From assembly GCA_002402375.1 (NCBI GenBank), contig DHFT01000030.1, positions 1 to 60,185 of the forward strand: a stretch of 60,185 bases of DNA, read 5' to 3'. Positions within the stretch are counted from its first letter, which is position 1; the number at the start of each line of letters is the position of its first letter. The notes beneath the pieces were generated by a model. The model was not told the origin of the DNA and did no database searches. It saw only the letters and a list, made by a program, of their open reading frames with translations. Both the position numbers and the translations under genes were made by a program. Below are positions 19,190 through 28,095 of the stretch, piece after piece. Source of the DNA: Elusimicrobia bacterium UBA4817. Lineage in GTDB: Bacteria > Elusimicrobiota > UBA8919.

Positions 19190-20185
19190 TTAGCCGACCA
19201 AGAGATTCGTAATTATTTTTACCATAACCTCTTTTTCTTTGGGATTACTCTCGGCAATCAACAAAGCCAAAACCGCAAGGGCATTATCGTTGATTTTTTT
19301 CTCACCGCTGTTCTTATATAAATAATTATTCTTATCCAAAAAATAAACAAAAAGAAACGAAGCGATTCGCTTATTACCGTCAATAAATGGATGATCTTTG
19401 ATTGTTAAATACAGCAGATGTGCTGCCTTTTCCTCGATACTTCCGTATAATTCTTTACCGCCAAATGTCTGATACAAATTTTTGACGATACTTTCAAATT
19501 TTCTGTTGACTTCCTGACCGAAAAGTTCACTAGCTTGCTTTTTGTCAATAAGTTCTTTCTTTATTTGAAAAACAATATTTTGACAATTTTCATATTCTAA
19601 AACGAATGCCGGCGTTTTTCCTTTTACAAGAGTTAATTTGTGAGTATCGTATTGTTCTAAAATAGAAATTGATTTTGCATAATCCGACAACAAATTCAGA
19701 ATTTCCTGCGTTTTACTTTCTAAAAGTTTGCGACGGGCTTTACTCTGTAAAAAAGCAATAGTGCCTTGCAGTTCTTTTAACTGTTCCGATTGTTTCAACA
19801 ATCTTTTTTCATTTAACGTATAGCCGTTGATAATGTGGTCTTTCAGAACATTCGTAGCCCAGATGCGAAATTGTGTTGCACGAAATGAGTTAACTCTATA
19901 ACCTACTGAGACTATCATGTCTAAACTATATAAATTCATTTTCCTTTTTTTGCCATCTGCAGCAACCTGTTCCAAAATGGAACAGGTTGAATTTTTATTC
20001 AACTCGTCAGTTTCGTAGATATTGTTTATATGTTTTACTATCGCTGGACGATTTACATCAAAAAGTATGGCTATTTGGTGGGCATCAAGCCAAACGGTTT
20101 CTTTTTCCAACTTCACTTCAAGTTGAATCTGTTTATTTTTTGTTTTATAAATAACGATACTGCCTTTGTCAAATTTATTTTTCAT
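19190..20185 (-). CDS. RhuM-Fic/Doc family protein
   Basis: ETVWL, SVGYRVNS.RATQFRIWAT (RhuM); HPFIDGNKR (Doc-type). Confidence 0.9.
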   Translation of the reverse strand: MKNKFDKGSIVIYKTKNKQIQLEVKLEKETVWLDAHQIAILFDVNRPAIVKHINNIYETDELNKNSTCSILEQVAADGKKRKMNLYSLDMIVSVGYRVNSFRATQFRIWATNVLKDHIINGYTLNEKRLLKQSEQLKELQGTIAFLQSKARRKLLESKTQEILNLLSDYAKSISILEQYDTHKLTLVKGKTPAFVLEYENCQNIVFQIKKELIDKKQASELFGQEVNRKFESIVKNLYQTFGGKELYGSIEEKAAHLLYLTIKDHPFIDGNKRIASFLFVYFLDKNNYLYKNSGEKKINDNALAVLALLIAESNPKEKEVMVKIITNLLVG

Positions 20186-20190
20186 ATTAC

Positions 20191-20292
20191 TTATGGCTTT
20201 TTGCTTACAGTCAAAACTAGCGCCACATTATTAAGGGGAATTTCAATTCCCGTCGCTGTTTTCTCGCCGATTTTAATTTCAGTGTTTTTCAT
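20191..20292 (-). pseudogene. Truncated 5' paralog of the yunC-like gene (33 aa)
   Basis: MKNTEIKIGEKTATGIEIPLNNVALVLTVSKKP* vs MKTVDIKIGEKTAAGIEIPLNNAVLVMAVGNKG. Confidence 0.85.
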
Positions 20293-20330
20293 AAAACCCC
20301 CATGGAATTATTTTCTTTTAATAAATTTTT

Positions 20331-21788
20331 TCATTTCAATTTTTTTATCAGAATTTCATTAACCAATTTCGGGTTGGCTTTGCCGCGGGATTTCTTCATA
20401 ACGCTGCCGACTAATGCGCCGATTGCCTGTTGTTTGCCAGCTTTAAATTCAGCAACTGCTTTTTGATTTTCAGCAATTGTTTCATTAACTAATTTTTCTA
20501 TTTCTTTTTCGTCTGAAATCTGGACAAGTCCCTGTTCTTTAACTATCTCGGAAGCGCTTTTACCGGTTTTGTACATTTGCTCAAAAACGGTCTTTGCTAT
20601 CTTGCCGGAAATCGTACCGTCTGATATAAGTTTGAGCATTTCCGCAAGGTTTGACGAGGAAACGGGGGATGAAATTATATCTTTATTTTCAGCGTTTAAT
20701 TTTCCCAATAATTCCGTCGTAATCCAGTTAGAAAGTGGCTTTGCCACAGTGAGTAGTGAGTAGTGAGTAGTGAGCAGTGAAAGGCAATCTTCAAAATAAT
20801 CCGCTATTGATTTTTCGGATGTTAAAACGCCTGCATCATAATCTGATAGCCCGAATTTTTCTATGAATCTTTTTTTGCGGGATGCCGGTAATTCAACCAG
20901 ATTTTTCCTTATTTCATCCAGAAACTTTTCATCAATTTCAACAGGCGCTAAATCCGGTTCAGGGAAATACCTGTAATCGTGTGCCTGCTCTTTTGAACGC
21001 ATTGAGACCGTTGCGCCGGATTTCTCGTCCCAAAGCCGGGTATCCTGAACAATTTTTTCATTAGAATTTAACGCTTCTTTTTGGCGTTCAATTTCATAAT
21101 TCAACGCATCCCGTATTGCCTTAAACGAATTCATATTTTTTAGTTCAACTTTCGTCCCAAGTTTTTTTTCACCGACACTACGAAGCGAGATGTTTGCATC
21201 GCACCGAAGCGAACCTTTTTCCATATCACAATCGGAAATTCCGATATATCTTAAAACGGCTTTCAACTCTGTCAGATATTGATACGCCTCATCCGGAGAG
21301 GAAATGTCCGGCTCGGAAACGATTTCCAGAAGCGGGATTCCTGTCCTATTGTAATCAACAAGCGAATAATCCAATTCCTGTGCGCCTATTGCGTGAAGAA
21401 GTTTTCCGGCATCCTCTTCAAGATGGATTCTTGTAATTCCGATTTTTTTTGTTTGTCCGTCAGTATCTATTTCCAAAAACCCCTTTTCGCACAGCGGAAG
21501 TTCATACTGGGATATCTGATAATTTTTCGGCAAATCCGGATAAAAATAATTTTTCCGTGCAAAGATTGAATGTTTTGCAATTTTACAGTTTGTGGCAAGT
21601 CCGGTCAAAACGGCAAATTCAACGGCTTTTTTATTAAGAACGGGAAGGGTGCCGGGCTGACCGGTGCAGACGGGACAGATGTTAGAATTCGGAACGCTTC
21701 CGAATTCAGTTGAACATCCGCAGAAAAGTTTTGATTTTGTTTTCAGATGAACATGAACTTCAAGTCCGATGACTGTCTCGTAATTCAT
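20331..21788 (-). CDS. gatB: Asp/Glu-tRNA amidotransferase subunit B
   Basis: IGLEVH, RKNYFYPDLPKNYQISQ, HLEEDAGK, DYRYFPEPDL, GKANP. Confidence 0.97.
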   Translation of the reverse strand: MNYETVIGLEVHVHLKTKSKLFCGCSTEFGSVPNSNICPVCTGQPGTLPVLNKKAVEFAVLTGLATNCKIAKHSIFARKNYFYPDLPKNYQISQYELPLCEKGFLEIDTDGQTKKIGITRIHLEEDAGKLLHAIGAQELDYSLVDYNRTGIPLLEIVSEPDISSPDEAYQYLTELKAVLRYIGISDCDMEKGSLRCDANISLRSVGEKKLGTKVELKNMNSFKAIRDALNYEIERQKEALNSNEKIVQDTRLWDEKSGATVSMRSKEQAHDYRYFPEPDLAPVEIDEKFLDEIRKNLVELPASRKKRFIEKFGLSDYDAGVLTSEKSIADYFEDCLSLLTTHYSLLTVAKPLSNWITTELLGKLNAENKDIISSPVSSSNLAEMLKLISDGTISGKIAKTVFEQMYKTGKSASEIVKEQGLVQISDEKEIEKLVNETIAENQKAVAEFKAGKQQAIGALVGSVMKKSRGKANPKLVNEILIKKLK

Positions 21789-22174
21789 AAAATTTTCTCC
21801 AAAAGTTTTAAGTCGGTATCATATTTAAGATATTTTTTTGCTTCGTTAATTTTCACCCATTTAGTTGACAGAATTTCATGGTCGTGTATTCCGGTTTTTT
21901 TGACGGGTGCCATCAGAAACCATACAACTTCTTTACTGATAAATTTGTTTTGGTGTCTGAAATTATAGTGTGTTTTGCCGAGCGGTTTGATTATTTTACA
22001 ATTATAACCCGTTTCTTCCGACACTTCGCGTAGGGCGGTATTTTTTATCGTTTCGGATTTTTCTATGTGCCCTTTCGGAAACGTCCAGATGATTTTGCCG
22101 AATAGATTTTTTACTTTTACAAGTAAAAGTTTTTTGTCTTTTATTATTACACCGCCTGCTGAAAACTCATTCAT
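21785..22174 (-). CDS. NUDIX hydrolase (Ap4A hydrolase-like)
   Basis: FPKGHIEKSETIKNTALREVSEETG Nudix box. Confidence 0.9.
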   Translation of the reverse strand: MNEFSAGGVIIKDKKLLLVKVKNLFGKIIWTFPKGHIEKSETIKNTALREVSEETGYNCKIIKPLGKTHYNFRHQNKFISKEVVWFLMAPVKKTGIHDHEILSTKWVKINEAKKYLKYDTDLKLLEKIL

Positions 22175-22182
22175 ATTTTTTA

Positions 22183-22240
22183 ATTATACAAAATTATTGG
22201 GATTAAATCAATTGACATTTTGTTTTCATTTTTGTAAAAT
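22183..22240. promoter_or_regulatory. Back-to-back divergent sigma70 promoters, both apparently leaderless
   Basis: + TTGACA(22212)-17-TAAAAT, ATG 6 nt later; - TTGATT(22211)-17-TATAAT, ATG 8 nt later. Confidence 0.7.
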
Positions 22241-22246
22241 CAAATT

Positions 22247-23497
22247 ATGTTGAAATTCAACGAAGCAAAAAAGATTTTACTTAAAAACATAGACCGGTTG
22301 CCAACGGTAAAAACCTCACTGAGCGAAAACATATTAAATACCGTCCTCGCCGAAAACATTATTTCACCGGAAAATATTCCAAATTGCGACAATTCCCAGA
22401 TGGACGGTTATGCCGTAAACTCTTCTGATACAAAAAAAACACCCATATTATTAAAAATTATCGGAGAAGTAAAAGCAGGCGATATTTTTTTCAAAAAACT
22501 GAAAACCGGTGAAGCAGTGAAAATTATGACAGGAGCGCCGATTCCAAAGGGTGCCGATGCGGTTGTGATGGTTGAGGATACGGAAGAAGAAAGGTTAAAG
22601 GTTAAAGGTCAAAAGTTAAAATTTGTGAAAATATTGAAACCTGTAAAAAAAGGAGAGAATATAAGAAAAGCGGGGGAAGATGTACGCAAAGGCGAGATGA
22701 TTCTTAAAAATGGGACGGTTCTCAACCCTGCTCAAATCGGATTACTCGCATCAATCGGAAAAACAGAAATCAAAATAGTAAAAAGACCAAAAATAGCAAT
22801 TATCACAACGGGTAATGAAATTGTTAACGCTTCTGTAAAAAAACTTCCGAAAGGCAAAGTCAGAAATTCAAATCTCTGGACGCTTATTACTCTGTTAAAA
22901 AGAGACGGGGCAATTCCGGTTCAATTTGAAACAATCCCTGATAACTTAACAAAAATAAAATCAGCAATAAAACAGGCGTTTTCCATATCCGATGTGGTAA
23001 TAATTTCTGCAGGGATATCCGTCGGAAAATATGATTATGTAAAAACTGCACTGAAACAACTCGGCACAAAACTTTTATTCTGGAAAGTTGCAATAAAACC
23101 CGGTAAAGCATTTGCTTTCAGTAAAATGGGGACAGTCCCTATTTTTTCGCTTCCGGGAAATCCGGTTTCAACTATGATTACGTATTTGGAATTGGTAAGA
23201 CCCGCTTTATTAAAAATGACGGGGAAACAATCAACAGGGTTACCCCGTATAAAAGCAATTTTATTACATAATATCTACGAAAAGTCCGACAGAAAACAAT
23301 TTTTACGCGGATTTTTTTACAAAAAAGATAATAAATTTTTCGTAAAAACCACAGGGATGCAGGGTTCTGGAATACTCAAATCAATGTCAAAAGCAAACTG
23401 TTTTATCGTGCTTGATGAAAAAACTTCATTCATAAAAAAGGGTTCATTGGTAAATATTGAAATTTTAAATCGGGAGGATGGTTATGGATGTGATTGA
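22247..23497 (+). CDS. moeA: Molybdopterin molybdenumtransferase
   Basis: SQMDGYAV, IMTGAPIP.GADAVV.VE, TGNEI, IKPGK, LPGNPVS. Confidence 0.93.
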   Translation: MLKFNEAKKILLKNIDRLPTVKTSLSENILNTVLAENIISPENIPNCDNSQMDGYAVNSSDTKKTPILLKIIGEVKAGDIFFKKLKTGEAVKIMTGAPIPKGADAVVMVEDTEEERLKVKGQKLKFVKILKPVKKGENIRKAGEDVRKGEMILKNGTVLNPAQIGLLASIGKTEIKIVKRPKIAIITTGNEIVNASVKKLPKGKVRNSNLWTLITLLKRDGAIPVQFETIPDNLTKIKSAIKQAFSISDVVIISAGISVGKYDYVKTALKQLGTKLLFWKVAIKPGKAFAFSKMGTVPIFSLPGNPVSTMITYLELVRPALLKMTGKQSTGLPRIKAILLHNIYEKSDRKQFLRGFFYKKDNKFFVKTTGMQGSGILKSMSKANCFIVLDEKTSFIKKGSLVNIEILNREDGYGCD

Positions 23498-23966
23498 GAA
23501 ACTTATTGCCGGACACAGGGAAGTCAGAGAAGAAATAGACATTCTGGACAAACTTGTAAAAATGTCAAACAGCGATGCTTTTGCTTGGGATGATGTTTTC
23601 AAAATTTCCGATTTTTTTGAAAAAGAAGTCAAGGAACATTTCCGGCTTGAAGAAATGGTTCTATTTCCGGTAATGAAAAATGTTCTGCCGTTATCCGAAC
23701 AGAATATTTTAACCGAAATTGAGGATGAGCATAAACCTATTCTGGGAAAACTTGATGATTTCAAAAAAATGGCGGAAAGACACAAAAAAATCTCTTCCAA
23801 AAACTCAAGGGAAGATTTCGTCAATTCTGCAAAAGCAATTATTGATTCGCTTATTCCTCATGCAAAAAAAGAGGATGTAAAACTTTTCCCGCTCGTTAGA
23901 AAATATTTTAAGACAGAAAATTATAAAGAACTTGAGGAAATGTATTTCAAATACTTAAAGGTATAA
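23478..23966 (+). CDS. Hemerythrin/HHE cation-binding protein
   Basis: H..., HFRLEE..LFP, EH, HAKKED.KLFP. Confidence 0.85.
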   Translation: MVMDVIEKLIAGHREVREEIDILDKLVKMSNSDAFAWDDVFKISDFFEKEVKEHFRLEEMVLFPVMKNVLPLSEQNILTEIEDEHKPILGKLDDFKKMAERHKKISSKNSREDFVNSAKAIIDSLIPHAKKEDVKLFPLVRKYFKTENYKELEEMYFKYLKV

Positions 23967-25127
23967 ATGTCAACGGTATCAATTATAAAATGTAATTCGT
24001 ATAATAGTGTTGAACCCGCAATAAAAGAAGCGGTGAAACTTCTCGGCGGGACGGAAAAATTTTTCAAAAGCGGGCAAAGGGTTTTAATTAAGCCGAATAT
24101 ACTCTCGGCAAAAGTGCCTGAGAAAGCGGTAACAACACATCCCGAAGTTATACGGGCAATAATACGGCTCGTCAAATCAGCGGGGGCAATTCCGTCCGTC
24201 GGTGAAAGTCCGGGCGGAGTTATAGGCGGCGCGGAAAAATTCTGGGAAAAAAGCGGTATAAAAAAAGTTTGTGAGGAAGAAAAATGCCGGATGCTTTTTT
24301 TTGAAAGAACCGGCACTGTCTGCGTTGATTCAAAAAATCCAAAAAACAAAACATTAAAACAACTTGAAATAGCAAAACCCTGCCTTGAATATGACTGCGT
24401 AATTTCTGTGCCGAAATTCAAAACCCACAATCTTGTTTTTTTCACCGGCGCAGTTAAAAATCTTTACGGATGTATTCCGGGTTTAAGAAAATCAATGTAC
24501 CACAAATTCGCTCCCCATCCGGACGAATTCTCGGAAATTATCGTTGATGTTCTGGCAATAGTAAAACCGAAACTTTCAATAATGGACGCGGTGGTCGGAA
24601 TGGAAGGCGAAGGGCCGGCATCGGGAAAACCAAGAAATATCGGACTGATTATGGCTTCCGATGATGCCGTTGCAATTGATACGGTGATGTGCGAAATTGC
24701 CGGCTTTGACCCAAAAAAAGTTTATTACTTAAAATCTGCGGCGGAATTAAAACTCGGAACAAATGAAATTGAAAAAATAAAAATTACCGGCGAGAAAATT
24801 GAAAATGTCAAGTTGAAAAAATTTAAAATACCGACTAGTTTTTATCTGTATTTTATACCTAAACGGCTGGCAAAATTTTTAGGTAAATTCGTATCCGCAC
24901 TGCCGGTTATGGATAAAAAAAAATGTACAAAATGTATGACTTGCATAAAATCCTGTCCTGTAAAAGCGATAGAACTTAAAGGAATTCCGGTCGTGGACAG
25001 ACAAAAATGCATACTGTGTCTTTGCTGCATTGAACTTTGCCCGGAAGATGCGGTTGAAATAAGATATTCCGCACTTATAAGATTTTTATTGTTTATGCGG
25101 AAAATTAAACGGATGGAATTTTTATGA
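23967..25127 (+). CDS. DUF362 protein with C-terminal 2x[4Fe-4S] domain
   Basis: IKPN, TTHP, PKFKTH, GAVKN, GEGP; CxxCxxCxxxCP x2. Confidence 0.88.
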   Translation: MSTVSIIKCNSYNSVEPAIKEAVKLLGGTEKFFKSGQRVLIKPNILSAKVPEKAVTTHPEVIRAIIRLVKSAGAIPSVGESPGGVIGGAEKFWEKSGIKKVCEEEKCRMLFFERTGTVCVDSKNPKNKTLKQLEIAKPCLEYDCVISVPKFKTHNLVFFTGAVKNLYGCIPGLRKSMYHKFAPHPDEFSEIIVDVLAIVKPKLSIMDAVVGMEGEGPASGKPRNIGLIMASDDAVAIDTVMCEIAGFDPKKVYYLKSAAELKLGTNEIEKIKITGEKIENVKLKKFKIPTSFYLYFIPKRLAKFLGKFVSALPVMDKKKCTKCMTCIKSCPVKAIELKGIPVVDRQKCILCLCCIELCPEDAVEIRYSALIRFLLFMRKIKRMEFL

Positions 25128-25354
25128 TAGTATCGCTATTACATCTTGAAAAAAATAACTCCGCAAAGATTGTAAAAATTGAAGGCGGGACGGGATTTCA
25201 TAAAAAACTTGAATCACTGGGATTACGGCACGGCGTCAAAATAAAAAAATTGAGTTCATCCGTATTCGGCGGGCCGGTCGTAATCAGAGTAGGACGAACG
25301 CACATAGCAATCGGCAAAGGGATGGCAAATAAAATAATTGTTAATACAGAATAA
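25124..25354 (+). CDS. feoA: Ferrous iron transport protein A
   Basis: LESLGL..G, GPVVI.VG...AIG..MA.KI; upstream of feoB. Confidence 0.88.
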   Translation: MIVSLLHLEKNNSAKIVKIEGGTGFHKKLESLGLRHGVKIKKLSSSVFGGPVVIRVGRTHIAIGKGMANKIIVNTE

Positions 25355-25363
25355 AAATAAAAT

Positions 25364-27064
25364 ATGAAAAAAATCTTACTTATCGGAAATCCCAATGTCG
25401 GAAAAAGCGCAATTTTTTCTCACTTAACCGGAATTGATATTATTACCGCAAACTATCCCGGAACAACCGTTGAGTTCACAAAGGGCTACTTAACTTATGA
25501 AGATGAAAAATACGAGGTTATTGATGTGCCGGGAAATTATACTCTGGATGCCGCATCCAAAGCGGAAGAAGTCGCTATAAATTTTATTAAAGAAGGCGAC
25601 ATCATCGTAAATGTAATTGACTCAACCAATTTGGAAAGAAATCTTAACTTAACGCTTCAACTCCTGCCGAAAAAAATTCCGATGATAATTGTGTTGAATT
25701 TCTGGGACGAAACAAAGCACACGGGAATTGCTATTGATGAAAAAAAACTTGAAGAAATTTTGGGCGTTCCCGTTATTCCGACCTGCGCTGTAACCGGCGA
25801 GGGACTCTGCAAAATCATTTCAAACTTAAACAATGTTAAAATAAGTAATTTTTCCTACGACCAAAATGAAAAATGGCATGTCATCGGAAATATAATTGAA
25901 TCGGTTCAAAAGGTCTTTCACAGACATCACACATTTCTTGAACGACTGAGCGACATTACCATAAAACCGTTAACAGGAATCCCCGCGGCAATTATTATTA
26001 TTGCTTTGACTTTTTTTATTGTCAGATTCATCGGCGAAGGACTTATAAATTATCTGCTTGACCCGTTATTTAACAACTTTTACTATCCTGCAATTATCAA
26101 TCTGACTGAAAACATTAAACCGGATTTTTTTTCTAAATTGCTTATCGGCACAACACCGGAAGTGATGAAGTCATTCGGAATTTTGACTACCGGAATTTAT
26201 GTTCCGTTTGTGGTAGTGCTTCCCTATATTTTTTCATTTTACATTGTGCTGGGTTTTCTGGAGGACTTCGGCTATCTGCCCCGGCTGGCGGTCTTATTAG
26301 ACAACATTTTTCACCATCTTGGGCTCCACGGTTACTCGGCAATTCCTATTATTTTAGGATTGGGATGCAAGGTGCCTGCAATTTTATCCACAAGAATACT
26401 TGAATCCAAACGGGAAAAAATTATCACCACCGTTTTGATACTTATCAGTGCGCCGTGTATGCCTCAGACCGCAATGATTTTATCTTTGGGAATTGCACAC
26501 GGAATTAAAGTTGTTGCTTTAATTTTTTTAATTATAATCTTAATTGCCGTAATAACATCCTTTATACTTAATAAAATAATGAAAGGCGAGGCGCCGGAAC
26601 TTTTTACCGAAATACCGCCATACCGAATTCCAAGTTTTTCGGTTCTGTCAAAAAAAATATGGATGCGGCTGAAAGATTTCTTAAAAGAAGCCGTGCCGCT
26701 TATTATTTTCGGAATATTTTTGATAAATATTTTGGATATCTTTAACATCACAAATTTTTTAACCACTCAAATCGGAAAACCCGTTGTTTATTTTTTAGGA
26801 CTCCCCGAAGAAATTATTTCGGTTATTATTCTCGGATTTTTAAGGAAAGATGTTTCAATCGCGATGCTTGCGCCTTTTGCATTATCGGCAAAACAGTTTA
26901 TCGTTGCAAGCATATTTATGGTTCTTTACCTGCCCTGCATTGCCTCGTTTTTTATTTTGCTCAAAGAAATGGGCTTAAGGTTGGCTTTAACGATTGTATT
27001 TACCATTTTTACCGTCGCATTTTTTTCGGCATCATTTCTGAATTTTATTTTCACAGTTTTCTGA
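25364..27064 (+). CDS. feoB: Ferrous iron transporter FeoB (short form)
   Basis: GNPNVGKS, NYPGTTVE, DVPG, LED.GYLPR, GCxVPA. Confidence 0.93.
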   Translation: MKKILLIGNPNVGKSAIFSHLTGIDIITANYPGTTVEFTKGYLTYEDEKYEVIDVPGNYTLDAASKAEEVAINFIKEGDIIVNVIDSTNLERNLNLTLQLLPKKIPMIIVLNFWDETKHTGIAIDEKKLEEILGVPVIPTCAVTGEGLCKIISNLNNVKISNFSYDQNEKWHVIGNIIESVQKVFHRHHTFLERLSDITIKPLTGIPAAIIIIALTFFIVRFIGEGLINYLLDPLFNNFYYPAIINLTENIKPDFFSKLLIGTTPEVMKSFGILTTGIYVPFVVVLPYIFSFYIVLGFLEDFGYLPRLAVLLDNIFHHLGLHGYSAIPIILGLGCKVPAILSTRILESKREKIITTVLILISAPCMPQTAMILSLGIAHGIKVVALIFLIIILIAVITSFILNKIMKGEAPELFTEIPPYRIPSFSVLSKKIWMRLKDFLKEAVPLIIFGIFLINILDIFNITNFLTTQIGKPVVYFLGLPEEIISVIILGFLRKDVSIAMLAPFALSAKQFIVASIFMVLYLPCIASFFILLKEMGLRLALTIVFTIFTVAFFSASFLNFIFTVF

Positions 27065-27079
27065 TTGTAAAAAAAGTGC

Positions 27080-27108
27080 TTGACAAATTTTAATTTTTGT
27101 ATTATACT
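27080..27108 (+). promoter_or_regulatory. sigma70 promoter driving the riboswitch leader
   Basis: TTGACA-17bp-TATACT about 10 nt before the aptamer. Confidence 0.85.
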
Positions 27109-27118
27109 TTCCAATAGA

Positions 27119-27183
27119 CCGTATAAATCCGTTAATTAGGAACGGGTGTTTCTACGAACCGACCATAATCGGTTCTGCTACGG
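27119..27183 (+). ncRNA. Purine-family riboswitch aptamer (guanine-like, variant)
   Basis: P1 CCGUA/UACGG; J1/2 UAA; P2 AUCCGUU/AACGGGU with loop AAUUAGG; J2/3 GUUUCUAC; P3 GAACCGA/UCGGUUC with loop CCAUAA; C at discriminator position. Confidence 0.88.
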
Positions 27184-27226
27184 GAAGATATATTTAGTTA
27201 TAAATTATTCTTCCCGTATTTTTTTT
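27179..27226 (+). terminator. Riboswitch terminator overlapping the P1 3' strand
   Basis: TACGGGAAGA(27179-88) pairs with TCTTCCCGTA(27209-18), then T8. Confidence 0.88.
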
Positions 27227-27353
27227 GAAAAGCTATTCAACTACTTTCGCAACTACGAAACTACGAAAGTAGTTTGGGAATTGTCGTCGGAAAACTATAT
27301 TTTGGAACTTGTAAATTTCTTGCATTTTTTGCATTTTTACCGGAGGTTATTTT

Positions 27354-27941
27354 ATGGGAAACGAACAAAACATTAGAAAAAAAATTCTTATTAACAAGAA
27401 ATTTCAATTCAAGTATGCCGCAATGATTGTCGGCACGCTTTTTGTTATGGTCGCGTTAATTGAATGGGATATTTTTTACACGATGAAGACAATTCTTCCG
27501 AAGGTTTTTTTTATGGAAGAGATACGGCAGGACCTAACCGCTTTCCACCTTTTACTTGCGGTAAAATCGCTTGTGTTTATGGTTCTCGTCGCTTTCATTT
27601 CCGTATATTTTTCCCATAGGATTGCCGGACCGATATACCGGCTTGAAAAAGACCTTTTAATTATGATTAACGAAGGCGATTTAACCAAACAGTTCCGTCT
27701 CAGGGAAAAAGACGAACTGAAAGAACTGGCGGAAGCGCTGAATACTATGACGGCGAATTTAAGAACCAAACTTTTATCGGACGAACAATTCCGCGAAGAA
27801 GCGCGGATAAAAATAGCGGAAATATTAAAAGTTCTCCGGGAAAAAGAAACCATCTCGGCGGAAGAAAAGAATATTATTATCGCCAAAGCCGAAGAAATAT
27901 CAAACGCTTCCAATGTTTCATCGGTAAGTTTTAAGATATGA
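27354..27941 (+). CDS. 2-TM HAMP-domain protein without output domain
   Basis: RK.ILI.KKFQ.KY, two TM segments, SHRIAGPIYRL...GDL...R.KDEL..LA.ALN.M; SD GGAGG. Confidence 0.8.
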   Translation: MGNEQNIRKKILINKKFQFKYAAMIVGTLFVMVALIEWDIFYTMKTILPKVFFMEEIRQDLTAFHLLLAVKSLVFMVLVAFISVYFSHRIAGPIYRLEKDLLIMINEGDLTKQFRLREKDELKELAEALNTMTANLRTKLLSDEQFREEARIKIAEILKVLREKETISAEEKNIIIAKAEEISNASNVSSVSFKI

Positions 27942-27949
27942 CATTATAA

Positions 27950-28079
27950 AACCGCAGAAGTAGCAGATGAACACAGCTGTCATGTTGAGCGATAGCGAAA
28001 CATCTTGAGATTCTTCGTCGCTTCGCTCCTCAGAATGACATTTCATGTCATCTGCGTAAATCTGTGTGTATCTGCGGTT
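27950..28079. mobile_element. Nested palindromic elements
   Basis: outer AACCGCAGA/TCTGCGGTT arms; inner TGTCAT..GAGCGATAGCGAA..CTTCGCTCCTCAGAATGACA at 27978-28040. Confidence 0.75.
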
Positions 28080-28095
28080 CCAAATTACAGAACTT

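Noticed and set aside
20748-20782. Phase variation of gatB
   Set aside because: GatB is normally essential and the array is short and degenerate; better explained as a tolerated insertion
27146-27376. 76-aa ORF
   Set aside because: Overlaps the riboswitch aptamer and terminator, has no RBS and no recognisable protein features
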